Below, in pieces: positions 1-9,152 of a DNA stretch of 64,000 bases (its first letter is position 1; every line of letters starts with the position of its first letter). The notes under the pieces were generated by a model. It worked only from the letters and a program-made list of their open reading frames with translations. It did no database searches and was not told where the DNA came from. Origin of the DNA: Bacteroidia bacterium (GTDB lineage Bacteria > Bacteroidota > Bacteroidia > Bacteroidales > Bacteroidaceae); assembly GCA_009929715.1 (NCBI GenBank), contig RZZX01000001.1, forward strand, positions 36,838 through 100,837, given 5' to 3'. A program made the position numbers and the translations under genes.

Positions 1-588
1 TTCAACGTGAAATATGCCGATGAACCATTGTTGCTGAATATCGAGATGAAGGATTTTATTCACGGTGGCAGCACGGTAAACCGTCCCAACAATGCAATGG
101 AGGTCTATCTGAAGGGGTTGGGCAGTGAGTTACCAAAACTTGTCCATCTGATTATGGAATCCATCTACAAGAATGATAAACGTGAGGTGAAACATATCGG
201 CAGCAAACGTTTTGGAATCCAGTATCTCTTAAAAGGAATCTATACTCATAATGGTTTACTCTATTTCCATACACAGATAAAGAATGAATCCAATGTTCCT
301 TTTGATGTAGACTTCATTACCTTTAAGATAATTGATAAGAAAGTTGCTAAGCGCACCGCTATTCAGGAGCAGGTCATCTTCCCGTTACGTGCTCATAACT
401 ACGCCACCCGTATTGCCGGTAAGAAGTCAGAACGCACCGTTTTCACAATGGAGAAGTTCACTATCCCGGATGATAAGCAGTTGCTTGTGGAACTTTATGA
501 GAAGAGTGGCGGTCGCCATCAGTCTTTTGTGGTTGACAACAGCGACATCGTGAGAGCCAAAGTGATCAACGATCTCAAAATAAAGTAA
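1..588 (+). CDS. traN: Conjugative transposon protein TraN (5'-truncated by the window edge)
   Basis: Frame open from base 1; typical CTn TraN C-terminus (LYFHTQIKNESNVPFDVDFITFKIIDKKVAKRTAIQE...GGRHQSF); precedes traO. Confidence 0.88.
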   Translation, partial: FNVKYADEPLLLNIEMKDFIHGGSTVNRPNNAMEVYLKGLGSELPKLVHLIMESIYKNDKREVKHIGSKRFGIQYLLKGIYTHNGLLYFHTQIKNESNVPFDVDFITFKIIDKKVAKRTAIQEQVIFPLRAHNYATRIAGKKSERTVFTMEKFTIPDDKQLLVELYEKSGGRHQSFVVDNSDIVRAKVINDLKIK

Positions 589-589
589 G

Positions 590-1162
590 ATGAAAAGGTT
601 CATTTATGTGATTGTAGCGTTGCTTGCCATAACTGGGCAGGCACACGCTCAACACTGCTTATCCGGACAAAGAGGTCTTCAGCTGACAAGTGGATTTGTG
701 GATGGTATCTACAAGATCAATAATCCAAATGGTTACTATTTCGGTGCTACAATGGCAACCTATACGAAAGGTGGCAACCACTGGGTATTCGGTGCCGAGT
801 ATCTGAATAAAGAATACGAGTATAAGAATATATACATCGCCAAGTCACAGTTCACCGCAGAGGGTGGATATTACTATAACTTTCTTTCTGATGGCAGCAA
901 AACATTCTTCTTGAGTATTGGCGGTTCTGCACTTGCCGGATATGAAACAAGTAACTGGGGCGAAAAGCTACTCTATGATGGCTCTACCATCAAGAATAAG
1001 GATGCTTTTCTTTATGGCGGAGCTATTACATTGGAAACTGAAACTTATCTATCAGACAGAATCGTTTTCCTAATCAATGCAAGAGAGCGTATTTTATGGG
1101 GAAGCACAGTTAGCAAGTTCCATACGCAGTTTGGAGTAGGATTAAAATTTATCATCAATTAG
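590..1162 (+). CDS. traO: Conjugative transposon protein TraO (beta-barrel-like)
   Basis: Signal peptide ...QAHAQ, SQFTAEGGYYYNFLSD motif, C-terminal FHTQFGVGLKFIIN; position after traN. Confidence 0.85.
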   Translation: MKRFIYVIVALLAITGQAHAQHCLSGQRGLQLTSGFVDGIYKINNPNGYYFGATMATYTKGGNHWVFGAEYLNKEYEYKNIYIAKSQFTAEGGYYYNFLSDGSKTFFLSIGGSALAGYETSNWGEKLLYDGSTIKNKDAFLYGGAITLETETYLSDRIVFLINARERILWGSTVSKFHTQFGVGLKFIIN

Positions 1163-1169
1163 AACTAAA

Positions 1170-1610
1170 ATGAAAAAGATATTAGGAAACATATTTATAG
1201 CGTGCTATATAATAGCCGTACTGTTTTTGGTGACTGCCTGTAGTGACCAGTTGGATATTCAGCAGTCTTATGACTTCACTGTGGAAACGATGCCCGTACA
1301 ATCAAAAATAAAGGTAGGTGAAACAGCAGAGATTCGTTGTGAACTCAAACGTGAAAGTCGATTTGAGGATGCAACCTATACTATTAGATATTTTCAACCA
1401 GATGGAACGGGTAAGCTGGTTATGGATAATGGGACGGTATTCTTGCCCAATGACCGCTATCTGCTAACCAAGGAAACATTCCGATTGTACTACACTTCAT
1501 CAAGTACAGACCAGCAAAAGATAGATATCTATGTGGAGGATAACTTCAGGAAGATGTACCAATTGACTTTTAGTTTTAACAATGATAGTTCCGAGGAGAT
1601 AACGAAATGA
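1170..1610 (+). CDS. traQ: Conjugative transposon lipoprotein TraQ (DUF3872-like)
   Basis: Lipobox LVTAC; YTIRYFQPDG, FLPNDRY and FRLYYTS motifs. Confidence 0.82.
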   Translation: MKKILGNIFIACYIIAVLFLVTACSDQLDIQQSYDFTVETMPVQSKIKVGETAEIRCELKRESRFEDATYTIRYFQPDGTGKLVMDNGTVFLPNDRYLLTKETFRLYYTSSSTDQQKIDIYVEDNFRKMYQLTFSFNNDSSEEITK

Positions 1611-1744
1611 ATTGGATAATTGGTTATGTAAGTTTTCTTGTCATATTTTATCTTTGGACAGGATATCAACTGAAAGCAGTTTCAAGCGATAGAGAACTTT
1701 GGAGTGAAGAGTTAGATTAAAAAGAAGTTCAACAACATAATATC

Positions 1745-1786
1745 AACAGCCTTTTATGGAATTTAATCTGTAAAAGGCTGTTTTTT
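1745..1786 (+). terminator. Probable intrinsic terminator ending the tra operon
   Basis: AACAGCCTTTTA (1745-1756) / TAAAAGGCTGTT (1771-1782) inverted repeat followed by a T run. Confidence 0.7.
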
Positions 1787-1820
1787 GATTTATTTGTTAT
1801 CGATGATATTGGTTTGTTAG

Positions 1821-1828
1821 TAACTTTG
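1821..1828 (+). promoter_or_regulatory. Bacteroidota -7 promoter box for the HNH-ATPase/GNAT pair
   Basis: TAACTTTG matches TAnnTTTG, 14 bp before the ATG at 1843. Confidence 0.55.
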
Positions 1829-1842
1829 CATAAAAAATTAAT

Positions 1843-2985
1843 ATGTCAGAAAGAATAGATTTTTCAGAAAAAACTAAAACGATAATCGCAAAAAGGGCAG
1901 GCTATCAGTGTTCTTTCCCTGAATGTAACAAAATTCTAGTAGGCCCTGGAAGCGCATCTGATGAATTTATAGAATTGGGTGAATGTGCTCATATTTTTGC
2001 AGCAGCAGTAAATGGTCCACGTAATAGAGGTTCTCTTTCTAATGAAGACCTGAAAAGAGCAGAAAATGGAATATTCCTTTGTCGTGAACATCATAAAATT
2101 ATTGATGCTAAAGAGACTGAATATACATCTGAACTGTTATTGCAATATAAGTCCAAACATGAATTTCAAATTTCAGCTCAAATTGGAGAATATTTTTATC
2201 CGACAACTTGGATAAAACAATTGACTGTCAATGATAGTCCTAATATGATTAAAGATAAAATAATAGAATTAGGAAAGCTAACTCTATTAAGTGGTAAAAA
2301 TGGATGTGGAAAATCAACAATAATAGAAATTATTTATGAGATTTTTTCACAGAAAATATTATCTAGGTGGAACGATGAGAACTTTAAAATGACCATAAAA
2401 ATGGATAATCCTCTTATCAACGAGTTTTGTATATCTATTAACGATAATACGATTATATATACCTCTAATAATAGGCAATTACCTTTTATTCCTTATGATA
2501 TGAAAGTCGTTTTTATAAAAGATAAAGAACAAACATATAAAGAAGGAGAAGACGATTTAAAAAATATTGCTAATTATTTAAATGTTGATAGAAACTTTGT
2601 AAAAGCAATGATTAATAGCACTGGAATCATTGATGGTCTAAGAACAAAAAAAATTTCAATAGAACATATCCGCTCAACTCCTTACTTGGTTGACAAATTA
2701 AAGGTATGTTTAAATGACAGAAGAGAGAGAGAGTTTTGTTCTTATTCTAGTACAGAACAATACACAATAATCTTAGATTTAGTCCTTAGTTATTTAACTC
2801 AGATCTCAAAATATAAGCCGACTTTATTCTTAATGGATTGGTCAGACTTTAATTCAATAGATGATTGTATGAAGAAAAAGTATTTAGACTTTTTACAAGC
2901 GTCTAGCTCTCATTTTCAATCAATAATAACTACGCATACATTGTGGAATATAGAATGGACTGGCTGGCAAATAATCAATTTATAA
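1843..2985 (+). CDS. HNH endonuclease fused to an ABC/AAA-type ATPase domain
   Basis: N-terminal CSFPEC...CAHI...NGIFLCREHHKIID (Zn-HNH); Walker A GKNGCGKS; Walker B-like LFLMDW; H-loop IITTH. Confidence 0.75.
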   Translation: MSERIDFSEKTKTIIAKRAGYQCSFPECNKILVGPGSASDEFIELGECAHIFAAAVNGPRNRGSLSNEDLKRAENGIFLCREHHKIIDAKETEYTSELLLQYKSKHEFQISAQIGEYFYPTTWIKQLTVNDSPNMIKDKIIELGKLTLLSGKNGCGKSTIIEIIYEIFSQKILSRWNDENFKMTIKMDNPLINEFCISINDNTIIYTSNNRQLPFIPYDMKVVFIKDKEQTYKEGEDDLKNIANYLNVDRNFVKAMINSTGIIDGLRTKKISIEHIRSTPYLVDKLKVCLNDRREREFCSYSSTEQYTIILDLVLSYLTQISKYKPTLFLMDWSDFNSIDDCMKKKYLDFLQASSSHFQSIITTHTLWNIEWTGWQIINL

Positions 2986-2991
2986 AATAAT

Positions 2992-3711
2992 ATGAACAAC
3001 CAATTTGAATTAAAAATATTACCTGATAAATATGATTTAGCAACGATAAAGCAATGGCTTTATGAAGAATATTTAAGATTGAATTGCCAAAGTGGATTTT
3101 ACTGTAACTGGGATATGATTGAAACTGGCTTTGAAAAGCATCGTTTACTTGTCTATTCTTTGAAGAATAAACCAATAGGATTTGTTCTTTGGCATGAATT
3201 TGAAGAATGTATTTCCATTGATATAATGGCAATAGCCCAACCTTTACGCGGTTTAGGAATAGGTAAAGCATTGGTGGAAATTTTATATATTTATTTTAGA
3301 AAGAAAAATGCTTTTGCTCTAAAATTATTCTGTGCTCCAAAAAGTTCTGTTTCTTTTTGGAAAGGGAAAATGAAATTTATTCAATTCCCTAATAGAGGAT
3401 ATTCGGAATCAGAATTTACTTTTTATAAATTGCTTATAAATACAAACTTATCTGTAACAAAGCCTAATTCACAAAACAAATTAGAATTATGGGATGATGA
3501 ACCTTATATGATTAATATTAAAAAGCCAAAGTGGAGCTGGAATATTGATGACGATTTACGTTATAATCCTATAATACATCCATGTAACTATAATTGGAAT
3601 CTAAGATTGACTAGAAATGGTGAAATAATAAAAGATGACAAGATTAAATATTTCTCTAATAAATCTATAGAGAAGGGCGATTTCTTATACATCAATTCAT
3701 TAGAATTTTAG
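2992..3711 (+). CDS. GNAT-family acetyltransferase with C-terminal extension
   Basis: Acetyl-CoA motif QPLRGLGIGKALV and SVSFWK; starts 6 bp after the HNH-ATPase gene. Confidence 0.75.
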   Translation: MNNQFELKILPDKYDLATIKQWLYEEYLRLNCQSGFYCNWDMIETGFEKHRLLVYSLKNKPIGFVLWHEFEECISIDIMAIAQPLRGLGIGKALVEILYIYFRKKNAFALKLFCAPKSSVSFWKGKMKFIQFPNRGYSESEFTFYKLLINTNLSVTKPNSQNKLELWDDEPYMINIKKPKWSWNIDDDLRYNPIIHPCNYNWNLRLTRNGEIIKDDKIKYFSNKSIEKGDFLYINSLEF

Positions 3712-3787
3712 CTCTTTGATACTTTTTCACCGCTCAGACTCACAGAAAAAGTAGCGGGCAAAGTGGTTAGCTCCATCCGCATGAGCA

Positions 3788-5479
3788 TTATTCCTGTTCA
3801 AAGTCAGTGTCAATCTCTTGGGGCAAGTCATTCTCATCATACGTCTCTTCTCCTTCAGATTGAGCATTGATAGCATCAATTTTTTCTGTTATTCGCTGGT
3901 GTCGTCTCTCGTACACCTCATTATACTTGTTTTTAATTTCGGCAAGTGCATCGGGTGCGTGTTGCTCTGCAAAAGCCAATAAAAGTTCAGAGGTGGCATC
4001 GTCACGAAAAGCATCTTTGAGCGTATTTTGTATAAAATCCCTACGGATAATAATCTTTTGTATTTCTGTTAAGTTCATCACAATTTGCAGACGTTCTTTG
4101 TCCCTCAGATAGTATTTGCTTTCTTCAATTCCCATCAATCCAAAGTGCTCGTTACGGAGTTGTTTCAACATAGCAAAGTTGGTGATGCTTTCCTCCAATG
4201 CAGTAAAATCACTTTTATTAAGGTCAATCTCTTGGATTAGAATCTTGGTATCGGCAATTGTTTTTTCACGCTCAATCTCCTTATTACGCTCATCCTGCTT
4301 AGTGAGTTTCATAAGTGGTGTTTCTATCACTTGGATGTTGCTCGTACTTCCATTGCTTGAATTATGCACATAACCCAAAGAAACTCCTCTTGTGCCAATC
4401 TTGGCAAACATTCTTATCTCTCCATTCTCATATTTCTGATGCAACTCGGCTGATTCGGTCTGGTATTCGATAAGTTCTTCTTCGTATTCACCCTTAACTT
4501 GTTGATACTCCTCGTCTGTTTCATAATCATCAGCTTGAGGTACATTCGGTGGTATCGGGCATTCACGACTATAGTTAATAACCTCAATATCGTATTCCTT
4601 GTCGGTCAGTTGCTCCACTGCTTCCTCATTATAATGATACTCGGTGCGTGCCAATGGAAGTTCAGGATTATTCTCGTGTGTAGTAATGGCTCTTTCTACT
4701 ATATACTCCGTATTCTTGCTTTTCAAACAAGTTGCATTCAAACATCTTCCGCAACCATCTGTATCACCGAAAAGAGACTGGGTGTTACTGTTGAGTTTAC
4801 AATCAAAACACACTGTCTTATCAAAAAAATAGTCATTTAGATTAGCGGTGTAGTTGCGTTCAATCATCTCCACAACATCTTTGGCTCGTTTACCTATCCA
4901 GTTTTTATAGTTATTGTCAGTTGCATAATGGTCTTCATAAATTTCTTCCTGCGTTTCATTGCTGTATTTGCAAAGTTCAAGGGCTACTGTAAGATTGATT
5001 TCTTCTGAAATAAGCAGGTCGGCAAATAATGCAATAAGATTGCAAAGCCTCAATCGGCTACGGATATAACTTTCAGACTTGGCAAACTTAGCCATCAAAC
5101 GACTAATATCATAACGATTGTTTTGGATAAGGCTCTGAAAAGCAGTTGCTTCCTCAACAGGTGAGATATTTTTTCTTTGCAAATTTTCTGTCAAAGCACA
5201 TTCTATTGCATCATTATCTGAGAGTTCACGCACAATAGCCGGTATAGTTGCAAAACCTGCAATTAATGATGCCTTGTACCTACGTTCACCATACACTATT
5301 TCAAAAATATCATCCTTTGGGCGAACCATAATAGGCTGAAGAACGCCTTGTGTCTCGATGCTGTCGGCCAATTCTGTAAGGTCTGTTTCATTGAACATTT
5401 TACGTGGATTGAAACTGCTTGTTTTGATTGCTGAAAGAAAAATATACTGTACACTGTTGTTCATGTCTTGAGTATTCAT
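3788..5479 (-). CDS. ParB/RepB/Spo0J-family protein with long C-terminal extension
   Basis: NPRK...LADSI...GVLQPIMVRP...VYGERRYKA and ENLQRKNISPVEEA motifs; central Cys cluster. Confidence 0.85.
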   Translation of the reverse strand: MNTQDMNNSVQYIFLSAIKTSSFNPRKMFNETDLTELADSIETQGVLQPIMVRPKDDIFEIVYGERRYKASLIAGFATIPAIVRELSDNDAIECALTENLQRKNISPVEEATAFQSLIQNNRYDISRLMAKFAKSESYIRSRLRLCNLIALFADLLISEEINLTVALELCKYSNETQEEIYEDHYATDNNYKNWIGKRAKDVVEMIERNYTANLNDYFFDKTVCFDCKLNSNTQSLFGDTDGCGRCLNATCLKSKNTEYIVERAITTHENNPELPLARTEYHYNEEAVEQLTDKEYDIEVINYSRECPIPPNVPQADDYETDEEYQQVKGEYEEELIEYQTESAELHQKYENGEIRMFAKIGTRGVSLGYVHNSSNGSTSNIQVIETPLMKLTKQDERNKEIEREKTIADTKILIQEIDLNKSDFTALEESITNFAMLKQLRNEHFGLMGIEESKYYLRDKERLQIVMNLTEIQKIIIRRDFIQNTLKDAFRDDATSELLLAFAEQHAPDALAEIKNKYNEVYERRHQRITEKIDAINAQSEGEETYDENDLPQEIDTDFEQE

Positions 5480-5530
5480 AATGATTTTGTTTTGTGGGTG
5501 GATTACTCTACCCGTGTGAATAGATTGTTA

Positions 5531-5755
5531 TTAATTGATTGTTGATTGAATAATCTCTTGTAAGTATTGCGGATTGACTTCGCTAAAGCAATAGCTAATA
5601 AACCCCTTGCGTGCATCTCTACACAACTCTTTATATAATCCTTGAAAAGCAGAGTAATTGCCATTGATATAGGTTTCCACCATATATTCAAAGATGTTGC
5701 CCACTTCATAGTATCTGCATTGCTGGGCGATTGATTTATTTCTTCTTATTGCCAT
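5531..5755 (-). CDS. Small hypothetical ICE protein (74 aa)
   Basis: ATG start, co-oriented and closely packed with neighbours upstream of parB. Confidence 0.65.
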   Translation of the reverse strand: MAIRRNKSIAQQCRYYEVGNIFEYMVETYINGNYSAFQGLYKELCRDARKGFISYCFSEVNPQYLQEIIQSTIN

Positions 5756-5767
5756 TGTTGTATAATG

Positions 5768-5965
5768 TTATGAGATTAATATCCAAAAGAGTAAACTAAA
5801 AAGGAATAAACCGATTAGCAGCGTAAGTAAACAGCCCCACAAAATGCGGTAAGAACAACGAAGCAGGAAAAGTCCGATAAGCCATATTATCAATGATCCA
5901 CCACAAAGTATTGCACCAATAGATGCTATTGCTATCCAAACAACAATTTTATATCTTGTCTTCAT
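5768..5965 (-). CDS. Small hydrophobic membrane protein (65 aa)
   Basis: Almost entirely hydrophobic; 12-13 bp gaps to both neighbours. Confidence 0.55.
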   Translation of the reverse strand: MKTRYKIVVWIAIASIGAILCGGSLIIWLIGLFLLRCSYRILWGCLLTLLIGLFLFSLLFWILIS

Positions 5966-5978
5966 AAAGCTTGTTGTA

Positions 5979-6311
5979 TTAGGAAATTTCCACTATGCTG
6001 TCTATTCTTCCATACAGATATTCTCTTAGTGCTGTTTTATCTGTTGTTCGATTCTCGGTTATTTGTCCGTCTTGTTTCACCCAAAAACGTTTGAGCACAT
6101 CTGAGAAATCAAAGCAATAACCTTGTAATGGAATTGCACTCTTGAAATAAATGTTACTGTTCACGTATTGGGTAATCCAATTCTTATCACCGTGATTGAT
6201 ACTCTCACCTCTATCAAGTCGCATTCTTAATTGATATACTCGGCTGTTTTGTAGAATTTCCAATGCTGGTACGTCCCAATTCACGAATTTATATGCCACT
6301 GTTGTTTCCAT
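5979..6311 (-). CDS. Hypothetical ICE protein (110 aa), first gene of the leftward operon
   Basis: ATG with AT-rich leader; a decayed paralogous 5' fragment lies at 16802-16928. Confidence 0.7.
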   Translation of the reverse strand: METTVAYKFVNWDVPALEILQNSRVYQLRMRLDRGESINHGDKNWITQYVNSNIYFKSAIPLQGYCFDFSDVLKRFWVKQDGQITENRTTDKTALREYLYGRIDSIVEIS

Positions 6312-6650
6312 ATCTGCTAATTATTTAAATTATATGTGGATTCTTGAGTGAGGGAGTTTCGTTTCATTAAACTTTATCTATCTCTCGTAAATCCGACATT
6401 TTTTTATATGCGTCTTTCCGTCGGTCGGTCGTTTTCGTTTCGGGAGCAGAAAAAGGGTAGGCTTTAGAGAAAGCAAGGTTTATGGAAAAAATACTCTCTG
6501 AACTTCAGTACAGCAGGAAGATTTTTATCAGAACCGCAAGGCTTGACCTTGCTTTCACGTCAAGAAGCTGTAAATACCTTTGCTCACGTAACGATAAACA
6601 TCGCTACCGTCTGATTAGTAACTGCTGTTTGGAGGATTTACAGATGAGAG
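6182..6650. repeat. Copy 1 of a diverged ~470-bp direct repeat (gene start + leader + long hairpin)
   Basis: Aligns by eye to 16802-17062 plus 18669-18870, e.g. shared GAGTTTCGTTTCATTAAACTTTATCTATCTCTCGTAAATCCGACA and TTTTTATCAGAACCGCAAGGCTTGACCTT. Confidence 0.9.
6420..6610. promoter_or_regulatory. Long imperfect hairpin, candidate ssDNA (Frpo-like) promoter
   Basis: GAAAGCAAGGT (6469-6479) / ACCTTGCTTTC (6546-6556); GAGCA...GGTA (6444-6459) / TACCTTTGCTC (6575-6585); TAnnTTTG box on the 3' arm. Confidence 0.55.
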
Positions 6651-6799
6651 ATAGACTTTATTTCGATGAAAATGTGTATTTTTTACAAAAAATAAATTAA
6701 TACAATTATGGAAAAGAACTTAACAGGATTTGCAGGAGCAAAAAAGAATCCTAATGGGACATTTCGCCTTACTTGGTTTTTTGAACAGTGTTTCAATCA

Positions 6800-7304
6800 T
6801 ATTGTAGAATTGTCCATTAGAGGACGGCTACAATATAGTCAATCAATATGTTGTGATAATTAATCGTTTAGCATTGATTAAGCAACAGATAAGCTACGAA
6901 GCCAACATAACTGCATTGTCAACATAAGGAAGAAAAAACTTCTTGTTTTGTGGAAACCATGATGCTGCAGAGGAAGCAGCTATCATATATTCCATGATGG
7001 GATGCTGCAAAGCTTGTGATGTGGACTGCCCCCAGAAAGTGGATGGAATATGTATTAAACCACATACATGACTATGATAACGATTACAGCAAAGATCTTG
7101 CTGAACTTCTTCCTCACAACCTGAAAACCCAAATAGGAGAAAATCTATAAATCAGGAATGTCTCTGAAGGTCTCCTAACAGTCTCCGAATGTTTTAGGAG
7201 TTTTTGAAAATATCATTGAAAAATAAAGCAAATCCTTAAAGAATACCCGTAGGCTTTTGATATTCTTCAAGGATTTTGCAATACGGGGTTCACCGAATGC
7301 TTAC
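6800..7304 (+). pseudogene. IS66-family remnant: TnpC C-terminal fragment and right terminal inverted repeat
   Basis: From ~6928 translates GRKNFLFCGNHDAAEEAAIIYSMMGCCKACDVD; 7283-7304 reads GTAAGCATTCGGTGAACCCCGT on the minus strand (IS66-type end); left boundary approximate. Confidence 0.8.
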
Positions 7305-7331
7305 ATATTGCTATTGTTATATTCCAAGAAT

Positions 7332-9152
7332 TTATTTAAACAATTCTTTCCTACCGGGATGTTTCTTTAATTCTTCTGTCATTTCATAGAAATTCTTTTT
7401 GAATTCATTCATTGGTATATCAGTTATCTTATTTTCTTTCTTAAATTTTTGGATTCTCTTTGGGGAGGTTAGTTTAAGCTTTCTACATAATTCAGAAGTA
7501 ATAAAAGCCGGAATTGAAATATTAAATTTGGTATTTAAATATAATTCATTTTTAAAACCAAATCCTCCATAGCGGTAAAGATCGTCAAAAAGTTGACAAA
7601 CATCAGGAGAAGCAATGTGTATTTTCTCAGTATTGCAATTTTGAATGAAATCCTGTCGCTGCATTATGAAATAACCTACAAGATCTAGTTCATCAGAACA
7701 GATTAATCTTTCATGCAGTTTTTCTCTATTGATTAAATATGTTAGAAGCTCTCCGTATGAATTATCTTTCCTTGATATTGTTAATAAGATTGATTCTAAA
7801 TCGTCTATAGATACAGACCATGGATAAAATGCATCTTCTTTCTCTAATAGTAATCCCAAATCACATTGTATTTGTCCAAAACGTTCTTGTGTAACTAGAA
7901 TAATAAAAGCATTTTCTATTTTTTTAGTTTTTACGCATTCTATTGTATTTCTGTTTTTATCTGTAATAGTAACATCATTACTATAGATAGCCTGTTGAAC
8001 TTCTACTGCTTGGTCATACGCTTTTTGGATAGACGTTTTAAAGTCTCGTTCTATTCTTTTATGCGATTTATCTATATCCCGGAAAGGTTCTTTATATAAG
8101 TCTGCTTTGCATTCTATTATAAGTGCAGTTCTTTTATAAAAGATTAAAATATCCTTTTCCTTATCTTGCCCATTTATATAATAGTTCGTATATATATTGA
8201 TCTCATTTTTAGGAAGGAATTCGGTGAAAACATCTATCGTTTTTTCTTCTAAATAAATAGATCTTGCTTTATCACTATTCTTGCCAGGTTTGTCCTTGCA
8301 TGCATTATATAGAAAATTATAAATGGAGACAATTAGCTGGTTTCCAAAAAACGAAATATACTGATTATCAGAAAGTTGTATTATAGGTTTGTTTAGTAAT
8401 TCACATGAGTCTGTATAATATAAATAGTCCAAGTTTGAAGCCTTTCTAAGAGAGAATAAAGATAAGATTTTTTTAGCTTTATATTTATTTAATCTTTTAT
8501 AGTCATCAATAGAAAATGTTTGTTGATTTGTAAGGTCAAACGATATAAATTTTCTATCACTTTCATCTTTAGAATTAGGATAGCAATATACACCATCGGT
8601 ATTTTTATTTATATTTTGATTAATGAAATTGGAGTAACACTCCTCAAATTTCAGTGATGTGAATTGTGTTGTTTCTAAATAAAAGTCTATTAAATCATTT
8701 GTACTGATATTTATAGATTCATTTATAAAATCATCAAATGGTGAAAATGTCCTTTGAATTCGTTCTATTATTTGTTCGACAAATACTAGTGAAGCGTTAA
8801 GGAAATAGTTAAGATAAGTTGTTTGTGTCACTAAGGTCTTTCTATAGGTCTCTCCATAATAATCGACAGTTTCTGTAAAATCATATTGTTCTTTATAATA
8901 TTTCTCGATATTTTCTAACATCTCTACAATCTCAGAAAAACTACAAGGAGATTCTATACCTGTTTTATAATTAGATAAACTCAAATTTATTAAATAAGCC
9001 ATTTGTCTAACCATAGAAGATAAAGGAATAAATTTACTTTCCGTTTTCGTTTGACAATTAAAGAAGAATATCCAGAATGGAATAACTTTATTTATATCAA
9101 ATTTCGATATATATGTTTTTAGATCTTTTGATAATTGTTCGATGTTTTGCAT
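7332..9152 (-). CDS. Hypothetical protein with NERD-like PD-(D/E)xK nuclease domain
   Basis: YLEE...EKDILIFYKRTALIIECKA...KAYDQ motif; very AT-rich. Confidence 0.65.
   Translation of the reverse strand: MQNIEQLSKDLKTYISKFDINKVIPFWIFFFNCQTKTESKFIPLSSMVRQMAYLINLSLSNYKTGIESPCSFSEIVEMLENIEKYYKEQYDFTETVDYYGETYRKTLVTQTTYLNYFLNASLVFVEQIIERIQRTFSPFDDFINESINISTNDLIDFYLETTQFTSLKFEECYSNFINQNINKNTDGVYCYPNSKDESDRKFISFDLTNQQTFSIDDYKRLNKYKAKKILSLFSLRKASNLDYLYYTDSCELLNKPIIQLSDNQYISFFGNQLIVSIYNFLYNACKDKPGKNSDKARSIYLEEKTIDVFTEFLPKNEINIYTNYYINGQDKEKDILIFYKRTALIIECKADLYKEPFRDIDKSHKRIERDFKTSIQKAYDQAVEVQQAIYSNDVTITDKNRNTIECVKTKKIENAFIILVTQERFGQIQCDLGLLLEKEDAFYPWSVSIDDLESILLTISRKDNSYGELLTYLINREKLHERLICSDELDLVGYFIMQRQDFIQNCNTEKIHIASPDVCQLFDDLYRYGGFGFKNELYLNTKFNISIPAFITSELCRKLKLTSPKRIQKFKKENKITDIPMNEFKKNFYEMTEELKKHPGRKELFK

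Noticed and set aside
5503-5709. Alternative-frame ORF overlapping 5531-5755
   Set aside because: Non-ATG start and near-complete overlap with a better-placed ATG ORF in the operon
6482-6700. ORF 6482-6700 and its look-alike 18643-18846 as a duplicated small protein
   Set aside because: Both lie in the repeated hairpin. In copy 2 the homologous ATG (18701) is out of frame with the shared peptide and the listed start lies inside the IS, so the similarity is DNA-level only
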